Origin: a virus
Taxonomy: Duplodnaviria; Caudoviricetes
Strand: one strand, 5' to 3'
IMG/VR virus record: IMGVR_UViG_3300027822_000016
Coordinates: 1 to 55,299 of that record
DNA length: 55,299 bases
The position numbers were made by a program, and so were the translations under genes. The number at the start of each line of letters is the position of its first letter. Position 1 is the stretch's first letter. Under the pieces are notes generated by a model. The model saw only the letters and a program-made list of their open reading frames with translations, had not been told where the DNA came from and searched no databases. Positions 28,294-37,708 of this stretch are shown piece after piece.

Positions 28294-28872
28294 CTAGCAA
28301 AAATCACTCTTCTGTCCGGTGGAAAGCACCTTGAGAATTGCGTTCACCACGCTGTTCACCTCAGTCAATCCTTCGATCAGCAAATGAGTTCCGTTGATGA
28401 GAGATTCTGTGTCGTTGGTCAGTTTTTCTGCGACAGTCCAGGACATGGGGGCAGTCTCGGAAAAGCTTTTCTTCTCGTCTTCAATCCTCTGCATTTCTCG
28501 GCAGAGTTCAGCCGATTTCTTCTCCAGCGCAGGAGCTTTGCTTCTGGCTTCTATCCCCAGACTGCAGATACCCTGCTGCAGCCGCTTTTTATCCGCCCCG
28601 CCTATCTCCCAGAGATTCTTGTCGATCTTTTTTGTTACGGCGTGGAGGCATCTTGATGTCAGAGCGAGGCCACCGAATTCTTCGGAGAGCCACTTGATCT
28701 CTACAAGTACTTCTGCGTAGGACTTTACGATCGTCTTTTGGTTTTTCGGGTCCCAGGAGAGAGCATCTTTCATTTCGGGGAGGATGTTTCGGGCGGTGTC
28801 GCCCGCTTCGTAACTCTTGTAGAGGAGGTTTGCTACGGTGTCTACGAGGTTTTTTACTTCTGAGTTGATCAT
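28294..28872 (-). CDS. WLSxExG-family helical protein 3
   Basis: WLSEEFGGL, APMS; single-gene cassette. Confidence 0.8.
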   Translation of the reverse strand: MINSEVKNLVDTVANLLYKSYEAGDTARNILPEMKDALSWDPKNQKTIVKSYAEVLVEIKWLSEEFGGLALTSRCLHAVTKKIDKNLWEIGGADKKRLQQGICSLGIEARSKAPALEKKSAELCREMQRIEDEKKSFSETAPMSWTVAEKLTNDTESLINGTHLLIEGLTEVNSVVNAILKVLSTGQKSDFC

Positions 28873-29026
28873 CTTGCTACTTCTTTCTCTCCATTTGCTT
28901 ACATCCGTATTTTATCTGGTCAAACACTGTTTGTCAACAAAAGACGACGGAAATAAGGAAGGAAGAGTCCAGTCTTAATGACTGGACTCTTCCTGTGGAG
29001 AAATCAGGTTGCTTAGGAAAGTGTAC

Positions 29027-29623
29027 CTATGCTGTCTTTTGCAATTCCAGTGGAGGAAGAGGTTCGAGTATTTGCTTCATAAGTGAATGTACATCATCTA
29101 CTACATCTATTGCGATTTTAACCCCGTCGATAAGATCCCTCGTACTCCCCTCAAACCACTTCACAAACGTGAGACTCATAGGTTCTTTGCCAGAATGAAT
29201 AAAACTTTCGTCGAGGTACTTTTCTGTCTTTCGGTCGAATTCATAACGTGTGTATTCAAAGTGTTTTTCGTGTGTGTCAGAGGCTTTGTAGTTGCACTCT
29301 CTACCAGGAATGAGGATTGCTTGCAATGCCTCTTCGCTCATCAGCGACTCGTCTAGAATTTTTTTGTCAATTGCGTATGTCAAGGTGTAGATGTCTCTGT
29401 ATATCTGCGCCAAGTAGCCAAATTCTCCGGAGAGCCATTCTGTGTTCTGAACCAGTTCACCGTACATATCTGTGATAGATTTACCGATCGACTGGTAGAG
29501 CGAAAGAGCTATCACAGTGTTCGACAAGTTCTCTTCGCCTTCAGAAAGTCTCTTTTTTGTGGAACTGAGGCTTGCTGCGATGTCCCGGAGCTGTTTCACT
29601 TCTCTGTCGATTATGGTGGTCAT
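29027..29623 (-). CDS. WLSxExG-family helical protein 2
   Basis: Start MTTIIDREVK; WLSGEFGYL, EPMS. Confidence 0.8.
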   Translation of the reverse strand: MTTIIDREVKQLRDIAASLSSTKKRLSEGEENLSNTVIALSLYQSIGKSITDMYGELVQNTEWLSGEFGYLAQIYRDIYTLTYAIDKKILDESLMSEEALQAILIPGRECNYKASDTHEKHFEYTRYEFDRKTEKYLDESFIHSGKEPMSLTFVKWFEGSTRDLIDGVKIAIDVVDDVHSLMKQILEPLPPLELQKTA

Positions 29624-29759
29624 CTGATGTGTCCTTCTCTCCATTTGCTTACGTCCGTATTTTATCGGGTCACACTCTGTTTGTCAACATAGTGGAACAA
29701 GAAGCCAAATAAAAAAGGAGACCCACCTGGGGGTCCCCATGATACGCCCTTTTTGAATG

Positions 29760-30323
29760 TCAGCGTGGAAGCGGTTCGAGTACTCGCTTCATAAACAACT
29801 CTGCTTGATCTACTACTTTTATAGCAGTTCCAACACCTTCGATAAGATCCATCGTACGCTTTTTAAACCACTTCACAAACGGGGGACTCATAGGCTCTTC
29901 TTCAGAATGGTCGCCACCTTCGCTAAAATACCTTGCCGCTTTTCGACTGAATTCCTCGTAGTATATTTCGTGAATGTCGGAAGCTGTGAAGCTGCCTTCT
30001 TTGCCAAGATGAAGAAGGGTTTTTAATTTCTCTTCGCTCATCACAGGCTTGTCCCAGATTTTTTCGTCAATTTCCTTTGTCAGCGAGTAGACGTCTCTGT
30101 ATATTTGCGCCAAACACCCGAATTCCCCGGAGAGCCATTTTGTGTTCTCGATCAGTTCCGCGTAGGCGCCTGTGATGGATTTACCGTATGACTGATAGCG
30201 AGGAAGATTTCTCTCTATGTATGACAAAGTTTCTTTTTTTCCGGAAAGTCTCTTTTTTGTGGCACTGAGGCTTGCTGCGATGTCCCGGAGCTGTTTCACT
30301 TCTCTGTCGATTATGGTGGTCAT
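29760..30323 (-). CDS. WLSxExG-family helical protein 1
   Basis: Start MTTIIDREVK; WLSGEFGCL, EPMS. Confidence 0.8.
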   Translation of the reverse strand: MTTIIDREVKQLRDIAASLSATKKRLSGKKETLSYIERNLPRYQSYGKSITGAYAELIENTKWLSGEFGCLAQIYRDVYSLTKEIDEKIWDKPVMSEEKLKTLLHLGKEGSFTASDIHEIYYEEFSRKAARYFSEGGDHSEEEPMSPPFVKWFKKRTMDLIEGVGTAIKVVDQAELFMKRVLEPLPR

Positions 30324-30466
30324 CTGATGTGTCCTTCTCTCCATTTGCCTATAAGACTATTTTATCGGGTCACACTCTGTTTGTCAACAAAATAGAACAA
30401 CAATTTCAAGAAAAAAGAGCGGGAACACATTCCGAACGTGCCCCACTCTCTACCCAGTCGACAGCC

Positions 30467-31438
30467 TCAAAAATCTGCTTGGCGAAGCACATGCACACAG
30501 CAGCTAGATCCCAAAAAAGATCCATCCACTGGGGAAGAACGCGGGACGTCCGTCACATACAGGTACTCATCAGAAAACACGATACGCGCGGACCCATTCG
30601 GTTCGTTTGCCGACAGTTCATAGTCCGGGCAACTCTCAAGGGCTGCCCGAAACTGTCCAGAGTACGGAACAAACTGCTGGGATTCTGTCGGAAAGACAGA
30701 GAATTCCTCGGGGCGGTACTCGGAAAAATCCATGCCGAGATCGTCAACGAGTTCCCGCAAAAACATCGGGAATTCCTGACCATTCTGACCATTCTGGCCA
30801 AGAGTTAGACAAAAGCTGTCATCTTTGCCGTCAAGAGTCAGTTGCACTGGCTTGTCTTCGCCATATTCGTCAATCAGCTGCATCTTGTCGAGCGTTTCGA
30901 GCAGCATGGGAATCGACATGACGTACGCCCCAGTGGCATCCTCTTGACTGTTTTGCAGTACATTGGGCCAGCTTGACCAGCCGAGTTGATGAGGGTAGGT
31001 GAAATCTTCGAGGACTCCACTCTCGCCGACGATCGACCCGAAATCAATGTCCCAGTGGATTGGCAGGTGTTGTGCTGCGGCAATGAGCGCCATTGCTTGT
31101 GGGACGGGCAAGGAATGTATTTTATCTGCCCCTGGGGAATGGTAGTCCATAAATGTCGGACTATTTATGTATGGCCAATGTCCAGAGAGACGTACAACGC
31201 TCAGCATCTCTCTGTTGGCGGCCAGTATGAATGTGTTCCCCCATTTTTTGTGGGGTGGGTATGGTTTGTCGGATGGGCAGGGACGGTAGAGCCAGATGGC
31301 TTTCGGGCCACCAGTCGTTCGGTAGGGCCAGAGGAGCGTTTCGTGCAGGTTGCGTAGTGATCCTGCTGAGATGGTCCTACGAGTTGGGTTGTCTGTCAAG
31401 GACAGGCCGAATGACAGGGTGGATCGGTCGGTGATCAT
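30467..31438 (-). CDS. Hypothetical protein, paralogue of the C-terminal part of 25449..26999
   Basis: LGWSSW vs LGWAGW, PVQLTL vs PVKLSL, YVTDVP vs AVTDLP. Confidence 0.75.
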   Translation of the reverse strand: MITDRSTLSFGLSLTDNPTRRTISAGSLRNLHETLLWPYRTTGGPKAIWLYRPCPSDKPYPPHKKWGNTFILAANREMLSVVRLSGHWPYINSPTFMDYHSPGADKIHSLPVPQAMALIAAAQHLPIHWDIDFGSIVGESGVLEDFTYPHQLGWSSWPNVLQNSQEDATGAYVMSIPMLLETLDKMQLIDEYGEDKPVQLTLDGKDDSFCLTLGQNGQNGQEFPMFLRELVDDLGMDFSEYRPEEFSVFPTESQQFVPYSGQFRAALESCPDYELSANEPNGSARIVFSDEYLYVTDVPRSSPVDGSFLGSSCCVHVLRQADF

Positions 31439-31479
31439 AGTTCGGTCGCTTTCTCTTTGCTTATACGTCAAAATTTTAT

Positions 31480-31746
31480 CTAGTCTGAAGATTCGGCCTG
31501 TTGCTTCTTTTCCTGCTCCTCGAAGAACTCGTGTGGGTCTTTTCGGATACTGTCATACTGGTCAGGTGGGAGTTCGTGGATGTAGTCCATGACATCCGTA
31601 AACATGGCCCGGTATTTCGCTTTGTCCTGCTTGTCTTTTTCGTTTTTTCTCACCAGCCAAGCGGTAAGAGGTTTCAGCACAAACAGTACGAATAGTGCCC
31701 AAAGGGTGTACAACCCGATAAGTGTTGTTAGTACGAACTTGATCAT
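31480..31746 (-). CDS. Small membrane-anchored protein
   Basis: N-terminal transmembrane segment; cassette promoter upstream. Confidence 0.75.
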   Translation of the reverse strand: MIKFVLTTLIGLYTLWALFVLFVLKPLTAWLVRKNEKDKQDKAKYRAMFTDVMDYIHELPPDQYDSIRKDPHEFFEEQEKKQQAESSD

Positions 31747-31867
31747 ATGAATCTCTCTGTTTCTTTGCCCATAGAACTATTTTACTACGTCAAAGTTGAA
31801 CGTCAACAAAATAGAACGGTACATTTGTGAAAAAAGAGGCCGCCTTTCGACAGCCTCCTCGCAATCA

Positions 31868-32230
31868 CTACGACAGGTCAGCCTCAAGAAGAGACTGCAG
31901 ATACGTTGTCGACAGGTCAGAATCCGGATAGACACGTAGCTCGGGAGTCTTCAAATCCCGTGTGTACTGGTTGAGCTGAGCGCAGGCAGCTTGGGATAGA
32001 CAACGGTAGTGGTTGATTGTGGCGAGAAGCTTCCATATGTCATGTCCTGGTGTGCCAGGTGTCATGTCTGGATCTTGTTCTTCCATAGCCTTTCGATTCA
32101 GAGCGCAGTAAACTTCAAACGCTTTGGCGTAAGACTGGAATGTTTTCACTTGGCGCTTGCTGTGGGCGACGATTTTTTCAATCTCGTTCTGGATTTGTTT
32201 TGCTTGACTGGTTGCGACAGAGTCGACCAT
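31868..32230 (-). CDS. Hypothetical helical protein
   Basis: 120 aa single-gene cassette. Confidence 0.75.
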   Translation of the reverse strand: MVDSVATSQAKQIQNEIEKIVAHSKRQVKTFQSYAKAFEVYCALNRKAMEEQDPDMTPGTPGHDIWKLLATINHYRCLSQAACAQLNQYTRDLKTPELRVYPDSDLSTTYLQSLLEADLS

Positions 32231-32461
32231 TTTTTGTTCTCTCTCTCTTTTGCGTATGTGTGCATTTTACTGCGTCAAACTTAGAATGTCAACAGAAGAG
32301 AACACAGATACGAATTTTCTTTTACTCCCCCGCCCATGTCGACTAGCATGAGTTGGGTACTCGTTCTGTTCCGTTCGAGCATCTTTCTCTCTTTGCTTAT
32401 GGAGAAAACGAAAATCCCACCCTCGTTCATTCGGGAGTGGGATTTTCTCATGTTGCGGCGA

Positions 32462-32641
32462 CTAATTCTGGCATTCCTCGCCTCTGTCATGTACCGTGTG
32501 ACATTTGAAACACGGTGTACCTATGATTGCAAGATTGACGAAAGGATGACTCGACGTCAATCTCTGTACACTCTGGACGTGAGGAGTTTGATCTTCCTCT
32601 TTCTCTTCCTCTTCCTTCTTCTTCTTCTTTTTCTTACCCAT
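32462..32641 (-). CDS. Small Lys/Glu-tract protein with CxxCxxxH-C zinc finger (59 aa)
   Basis: Manual translation MGKKKKKKKEEEEKEED...CFKCHTVHDRGEEC. Confidence 0.65.
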   Translation of the reverse strand: MGKKKKKKKEEEEKEEDQTPHVQSVQRLTSSHPFVNLAIIGTPCFKCHTVHDRGEECQN

Positions 32642-32646
32642 ATCTG

Positions 32647-32841
32647 TTACCCAACCTGGTGGGGAGTGCCGGGCTTATGCACACCGTGACACGTTGGGCA
32701 CACCCAACATGTGTCCCGTGGGTTGGAGGCGTCGTGTACAAGACCGCATTTCGGGCACTCTACACAGCGAGTCTCCAGTGGTCCGTCCCAGCAATGATTT
32801 GATGGAGAGCACGGCTTCGTAGGGTCGAATGTGTTTGTCAT
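32647..32841 (-). CDS. Small CxxCxxxH zinc-finger protein
   Basis: CWDGP...CPKCGLVH...CPTCHGVH. Confidence 0.75.
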   Translation of the reverse strand: MTNTFDPTKPCSPSNHCWDGPLETRCVECPKCGLVHDASNPRDTCWVCPTCHGVHKPGTPHQVG

Positions 32842-32868
32842 TGTCTACTTCTTTGTTTCGCTTACTGC

Positions 32869-33240
32869 TTAAAGTGGAGAGCCACGCCGGTAGTCTTCGC
32901 CGCAGCCTTTTGGGTTGAACTTGATGGGGGGCTTGTGGCGAAGTGCCTCATCCATAACAGCTTGTTCTCGCGGGGTGAGGTCGTCGCTATCTCTCACCTT
33001 GGCAGTAGACATTTTGATATAGAAATTTTCTCCGACGAAATGTCCTTTCCCATCTGAGTGCTTTATTACGCTACGCATAAAAGCGTTTGTAGGTTGCAAT
33101 GCACCATCAAGCTTTCGTAATGCGCTGTCGGACATTTTCTCTACCGGTACATCTGATCTAGTTTTCTTGGGACTCTTGGGCTTGTGCCCTCTTGCCTCTG
33201 GTTGCCACGATTCGACTCTCGATCGTCTGAACAATCCCAT
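32869..33240 (-). CDS. Hypothetical basic protein
   Basis: AGGAG RBS; ends KFNPKGCGE, similar to RFNAEEGCGE in 33343..33591. Confidence 0.7.
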   Translation of the reverse strand: MGLFRRSRVESWQPEARGHKPKSPKKTRSDVPVEKMSDSALRKLDGALQPTNAFMRSVIKHSDGKGHFVGENFYIKMSTAKVRDSDDLTPREQAVMDEALRHKPPIKFNPKGCGEDYRRGSPL

Positions 33241-33265
33241 TTCCTACTCCTTTTAGTGTCCTAGA

Positions 33266-33300
33266 GAGTAATAGCGCAAGAAAATCTTGCGCTATTACTC
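33266..33300. terminator. Perfect 15-bp hairpin
   Basis: GAGTAATAGCGCAAG/CTTGCGCTATTACTC. Confidence 0.55.
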
Positions 33301-33342
33301 ACCAATTACTTTGTTTTCGTCTATTTTCTTGTCTATTCGGCT

Positions 33343-33591
33343 TTAACTGGCTGGTTTTCCGCCTCCGCCAAAATGAACACTCTCACATTCACTGCCTGTT
33401 TCACATGAGTCTTTGGGGCTGTGTGCGACACCGCATGTAGGGCAATCACGGCAAAAACCGTCTCTTGGGCCATACCAGCAACGATTTCCCTCGCCGCAAC
33501 CCTCCTCTGCATTAAAACGTAACTTCACTCTACTTCCGGCATTCGGAGCTTCATTTTTCCGTCTTGGCAGCAGTCTCATCATTTTCTCCAT
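33343..33591 (-). CDS. Small CxxCxxxH zinc-finger protein
   Basis: CWYGP...CPTCGVAHSPKDSC. Confidence 0.75.
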   Translation of the reverse strand: MEKMMRLLPRRKNEAPNAGSRVKLRFNAEEGCGEGNRCWYGPRDGFCRDCPTCGVAHSPKDSCETGSECESVHFGGGGKPAS

Positions 33592-33615
33592 CTCTTGTTG
33601 TTACAAGTTGTCTCT

Positions 33616-33822
33616 TTACAGGAGCACACTTTCACGTGCCCTGCTCGTCTCGCATGACTCATTTGGACTGTGCGAACGACCGCACACAGAGCACTCCCTG
33701 AAGAACATGTTTATCGGTCCGTGCCAGAAGTGTTTTTCATCCTCGCGCCCTTTGGCTTCATCAAATGTCAGCTCTACCTTTTTCCTGGGCATCGAACTTA
33801 TTGCTTTTTGTAGTAATCGCAC
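33616..33822 (-). CDS. Small CxxCxxxH zinc-finger protein
   Basis: FWHGP...CSVCGRSHSPNESC; true start may be the internal MPRKK. Confidence 0.7.
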   Translation of the reverse strand: MRLLQKAISSMPRKKVELTFDEAKGREDEKHFWHGPINMFFRECSVCGRSHSPNESCETSRARESVLL

Positions 33823-34237
33823 TGGTTGCTCCTTTTTGTAGGGAAACGAGACCTTGTTCCGTTCGAGTGAAGAAATTTACGGGTAGTTCCCTGTCGGGAA
33901 GCTCCTTTTTTGCCGCCAGCTCAATGTCAATTGCTGTGTCGCAGTACGTGCTGTAGTGGGTTGCACATAGGCTGCAAACAGGTTGTGTGTCGTCGGGCTT
34001 ATCGACATAGACGTGAGGTTCGCCTGCATACACGTGTATGTTCATTGTGGCAGGCTTCGTGCACTCATCAGCAGAACACACTCCCTCGTCAATAAGCCAC
34101 TTCGCACGACTCGAAATTTTCCTCTGTACCTCCCATTCGGGGACTTTGAAAGTGTTTGCCAGGAGAGTTACGAGGTATCTGTCCGGAAAAGCCTCCGAAC
34201 TTTTCAATGCCTCAATAAATACGTCTACCATTTTCAT
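33761..34237 (-). CDS. Zinc-binding protein related to the MEFWE family
   Basis: LANTFKVP...CSADEC...LCATHY. Confidence 0.7.
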   Translation of the reverse strand: MKMVDVFIEALKSSEAFPDRYLVTLLANTFKVPEWEVQRKISSRAKWLIDEGVCSADECTKPATMNIHVYAGEPHVYVDKPDDTQPVCSLCATHYSTYCDTAIDIELAAKKELPDRELPVNFFTRTEQGLVSLQKGATSAITTKSNKFDAQEKGRADI

Positions 34238-34260
34238 ATGTCTGTACTCCGATCCTGTTC

Positions 34261-34575
34261 TTAGCGTTCTGTGTTGCTGATTTGTTTTCGTGCGCCAGCG
34301 CTTCTGATCTCGCGACCGTCTGCCCAGGTGTCCAACAGTTGTCCGATGACTGCTTGTACAGTCTCTTTCTCGAACGAGACCTCCACTGACACTGGGGCGC
34401 CGTCATCATGGAGGATCGATCCGCCACTTGCACCTATTTCTTTTTGCTGAGGCGGTCCGAAGAACTTCCCGACAAATCTGCTTGGGAGCGTCACTTTTAC
34501 ATTCATAGCAGTACTCGTTCTCTTTCTGTTGCTTACTGTTGTGTGCATTTTAGTTCTTTGTTGTTGATCTGTCAA
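34261..34575 (-). CDS. Hypothetical protein
   Basis: 104 aa ORF in the operon direction; start uncertain. Confidence 0.55.
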   Translation of the reverse strand: MTDQQQRTKMHTTVSNRKRTSTAMNVKVTLPSRFVGKFFGPPQQKEIGASGGSILHDDGAPVSVEVSFEKETVQAVIGQLLDTWADGREIRSAGARKQISNTER

Positions 34576-34727
34576 TAATTATCTTTACCCAATCATACTT
34601 GCAGAAATAAAAAAACAGACACCAGGAGGGTGTCCGTTTTCTCAGCAAGTATCGCGTCCCGAGAGACACGACACTCTGCACATTGATGTTTGCAACACTA
34701 CTAGTGTAGTGCGCTTCTCCATCCGCG

Positions 34728-36866
34728 TCAACGATTCCGCCGGAGAACACTCCTCGTGTGCAGATCGTCGAAATCCTCAAACAGCATTTCGTACGCTTTC
34801 ATCGCTTCTCCGTGCAGCTTTTCATATTTTTCTTTCTCTTCCGGTGAGGACGCCTCTTTGAGGGCGTTTGCAAATATGTTGACTTGCCGACGACTCGCAT
34901 CGAACCACGACAGTATTTCAATACAGTCATCCTCGTGAGCATTTGCGACTCCTTCGTACGGGTGGTGGAAACGGTTTGGGACCTCCAGGTAGGCTCGCAA
35001 TTCTGCGGAATCGTACTCCCGAATATCTGGTACAGACTGTTCACCCATTGTTGTGCCTCTTCTTTTCTTCGCTGGTTGTGCCTGCCGTACTGGCGGCTGT
35101 CTTCCAGGCACCTGTTTTACTTGTGCTCGTTCTGTTCGTTTCTGGGCTTGACGCTCTGTCACGCTACGGACAAATAACACTCCTGATATTGCCCCGGAAA
35201 GTTCGCCTTTCGTTGGGTACTGGTTGAGATCGAGACCAAGCGTTCGAGCAAATTTTATTTGCCCTGGTGTGGGGTCTTCTTTTCGCCAACGTGCTGTCGT
35301 ACGCACCAAATTACTTGCGTCGCCCAGTGCAATGCGGTTGCATAGTTCAACCGCCTTCGCCCATGAAAGATCTCGTCTTTTTTGAAAAAACTTTGTTTCG
35401 TAAGCCTGTGTCTTCTCTATTGCCCAAACATCCCAAAGACCTTCTACTGCCGATGGCCAGGGAAAATACGTAGTTGTTCCGCATGGCAGGCACCATAGGC
35501 CGTCTGTCCCGCGTAGAGCCATCACCCAGGCGCATGTTTGCCCCTCAAAGAGGTTGATGTCCTCGAATGTCAACTCCTCCATTCCTGGGAGGTCGGAAAT
35601 GTGCTGCAACGATTTTTCTATTCGCTCCCTTTTTTCGGTTTTGTCCCGTTCTTCGCGTTCCTGCTTTTCTTTCTCCTCTTTATCCGGAAATACCACAGCA
35701 GACGTGCAAAGACTGTGCTTTGCGGACACACCGACAACATCGATGATGAGCGCCGATTTCCCCTCGTACGGACGTAATACCCGTCCCACCATCTGCCTGT
35801 ACAGCCCTTCCGATCCTGTAAGACGAGTAATGATGACACATTTTGCACAGGGAGCGTCAAAGCCCTCCGTCAACACCATGCAATTCACCAAAAATTTCGT
35901 CTCCCCAGAACCGTACCGTCCATAAATCGCTGTCCTGTCCTCCACCGGAGTATCCCCAGTGATCATCTCTGCCCGGTGATGCCCTCGCTCGCTGAAATAC
36001 CCGTTAAAAAATTCGGTCCAGTCCTCACCGGTTTGCACTGACGGGCAGAAAATAATCGTCTGCCGTCCTCCGGCATGCTCCACCCATTCCGACGCGACAC
36101 GAGTTTTCGCAGACTCAGACTCTTTCAGCGCCTCCGCAAGATCGGCAGCGGCAAAATCTCCACCTTTCATCTTGACTTTTGAAAGGTCAAAGTCGTCCAG
36201 CTGCACTGTCCTTCCGGAAAGAGCGCAAAGATACCCTTCTTCGATTGCGTCTTCCATCTCGTAGTTGTAGACGACACCGTCCCAGACAGTGCTCAGATCG
36301 TCTTTTCCAGCCCGCATCATTGTGGCGGTAAACCCGACTTTTTTCGCTTCCGGAAAAAAGTCCAAGATTTTTCGGTAGCTGGCTGCAGTGGCGTGATGGC
36401 ATTCGTCCACGATAATGAGCAAATTTTCATCGTCATTATGGGCGAGTGCGTTTCTTAGGGCTGTGAGACGGTTCGCCCGACTGGCAGTCTGTACACTGGC
36501 GATGAGGATGTCTGCATCATGCTGGTTTTTGCGTCCTTTGATGATTCCTGTGGTCGCGTTGAATCCGTCCATGCCTGCGACGCATGTGTCGATACGATTT
36601 TTCGCTTGGGTCAGGAGTTCGTTTCGGTGGGCGATGACAAGTACTTTTGCTTCCGGTTTTCGTTCGAGAAATCGTAGTGCGAGAGCGGTGAAAATAGTTG
36701 TTTTGCCTGTCCCGGTGGCAGCAACGACAGATGCGCGATAGGCGCCGTGGCCATTTGGGCTTCCCTTTTTGTATGTATCTTCGACTTCTCCTATTGCTCC
36801 TTCTTGGTAGTCTCGTAGTCCCAGTTGGGCATGTATTTTTTCGTGTGTAGGGGGCATTCCTGTCAC
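34728..36866 (-). CDS. SF2 DExH-box DNA helicase
   Basis: LRDYQ, AATGTGKT, DECHH, TAT, LTEGFD, QMVGRVLR. Confidence 0.93.
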   Translation of the reverse strand: MTGMPPTHEKIHAQLGLRDYQEGAIGEVEDTYKKGSPNGHGAYRASVVAATGTGKTTIFTALALRFLERKPEAKVLVIAHRNELLTQAKNRIDTCVAGMDGFNATTGIIKGRKNQHDADILIASVQTASRANRLTALRNALAHNDDENLLIIVDECHHATAASYRKILDFFPEAKKVGFTATMMRAGKDDLSTVWDGVVYNYEMEDAIEEGYLCALSGRTVQLDDFDLSKVKMKGGDFAAADLAEALKESESAKTRVASEWVEHAGGRQTIIFCPSVQTGEDWTEFFNGYFSERGHHRAEMITGDTPVEDRTAIYGRYGSGETKFLVNCMVLTEGFDAPCAKCVIITRLTGSEGLYRQMVGRVLRPYEGKSALIIDVVGVSAKHSLCTSAVVFPDKEEKEKQEREERDKTEKRERIEKSLQHISDLPGMEELTFEDINLFEGQTCAWVMALRGTDGLWCLPCGTTTYFPWPSAVEGLWDVWAIEKTQAYETKFFQKRRDLSWAKAVELCNRIALGDASNLVRTTARWRKEDPTPGQIKFARTLGLDLNQYPTKGELSGAISGVLFVRSVTERQAQKRTERAQVKQVPGRQPPVRQAQPAKKRRGTTMGEQSVPDIREYDSAELRAYLEVPNRFHHPYEGVANAHEDDCIEILSWFDASRRQVNIFANALKEASSPEEKEKYEKLHGEAMKAYEMLFEDFDDLHTRSVLRRNR

Positions 36867-36940
36867 TCTCCTGTGCTGGCGCTGACATTGATAACTGCCC
36901 CCTCCACAACAAGGGGGCAGTTATCGGGCGCTACCGTGTT

Positions 36941-37312
36941 CTAGCGTTTTTTTGCACACTCGGGGCCGACACCATTTTCGATGCTCGCTTTTGCGCTGAG
37001 CTTTTTTGCGCATTTGCCGCACCGTGCGGCACTTTTGGCAAATGTCACCATCGATGCGGTGGGGTCTTTCACGATTTTTTTCAATTCGTCGACGTCGTAG
37101 CCGTTGTATGCCCGGTAGCCTTTTTGGCTTCCTACGAGTGTTCCCTTGCTATGTAGACTTTTGAGGTCTTTGTCGCCTACTTTTCGCACATAGATATTGT
37201 CTAGTTGTGTTTTTTGGCTCAACTGTCGGATGACTCGTAGTACCTCTCCTTTTTCTGTCCGGTAGTATCCTGCTGGGAGGTATTGGAGGTCCATTTGAGT
37301 CTTCCTGTCCAT
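36941..37312 (-). CDS. DUF6011-like zinc-finger protein
   Basis: RCGKCAKKLSAKASIENGVGPEC; class 1-like promoter at 37340-37369. Confidence 0.7.
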   Translation of the reverse strand: MDRKTQMDLQYLPAGYYRTEKGEVLRVIRQLSQKTQLDNIYVRKVGDKDLKSLHSKGTLVGSQKGYRAYNGYDVDELKKIVKDPTASMVTFAKSAARCGKCAKKLSAKASIENGVGPECAKKR

Positions 37313-37459
37313 TCCTTGTTTCTCTTTGCTTACATTGTTATTCTAACACACTATCTGTGATTCCGTCAACATATTGCGACATGTTTCTCTCTCCATCGAA
37401 AAGAAAAAACCCCTTCCCACCAGCAATATCAGTGGGAAGGGGTTTTCCATGGAAAAAAA

Positions 37460-37678
37460 TTAAGAATCCGACACCCTTTTTACGGTAGATTCCCCGTACA
37501 AAAATGCGGCACGCGTTTCGCAGCAGTTGAGACATATACGATTGGAACCATCAAATGGATCTCTGTCGAAATGCCAGGTTAGAGAAGGTCGAGAACAGTT
37601 TGTACACTCTATCTTTTTAAACTTTTTGTTTATCAGATCTTGTAGTGTTGCAACGTTATTCGTGTCTGTATTTTCCAC
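37460..37678 (-). CDS. Small CxxC-CxxC protein
   Basis: CTNC...CLNC. Confidence 0.65.
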   Translation of the reverse strand: MENTDTNNVATLQDLINKKFKKIECTNCSRPSLTWHFDRDPFDGSNRICLNCCETRAAFLYGESTVKRVSDS

Positions 37679-37708
37679 TGTTGTTCCGTTTCTTTTTGCT
37701 TCTGGAAT

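Larger units (their letters stand above)
22525..32300 (-). promoter_or_regulatory. Class 1 cassette repeats: terminator hairpin + TTGACA-N17-TAAAAT promoter + conserved leader/RBS, at least 12 copies
   Basis: -35 hexamers begin (+ coordinates) at 22578, 22874, 24334, 25359, 27054, 27484, 28198, 28932, 29682, 30382, 31801 (TTGACG, 16-bp spacer) and 32287; a related copy at 37364; shared leader (T)AAGCAAA(T)GGAGAG. Confidence 0.9.
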
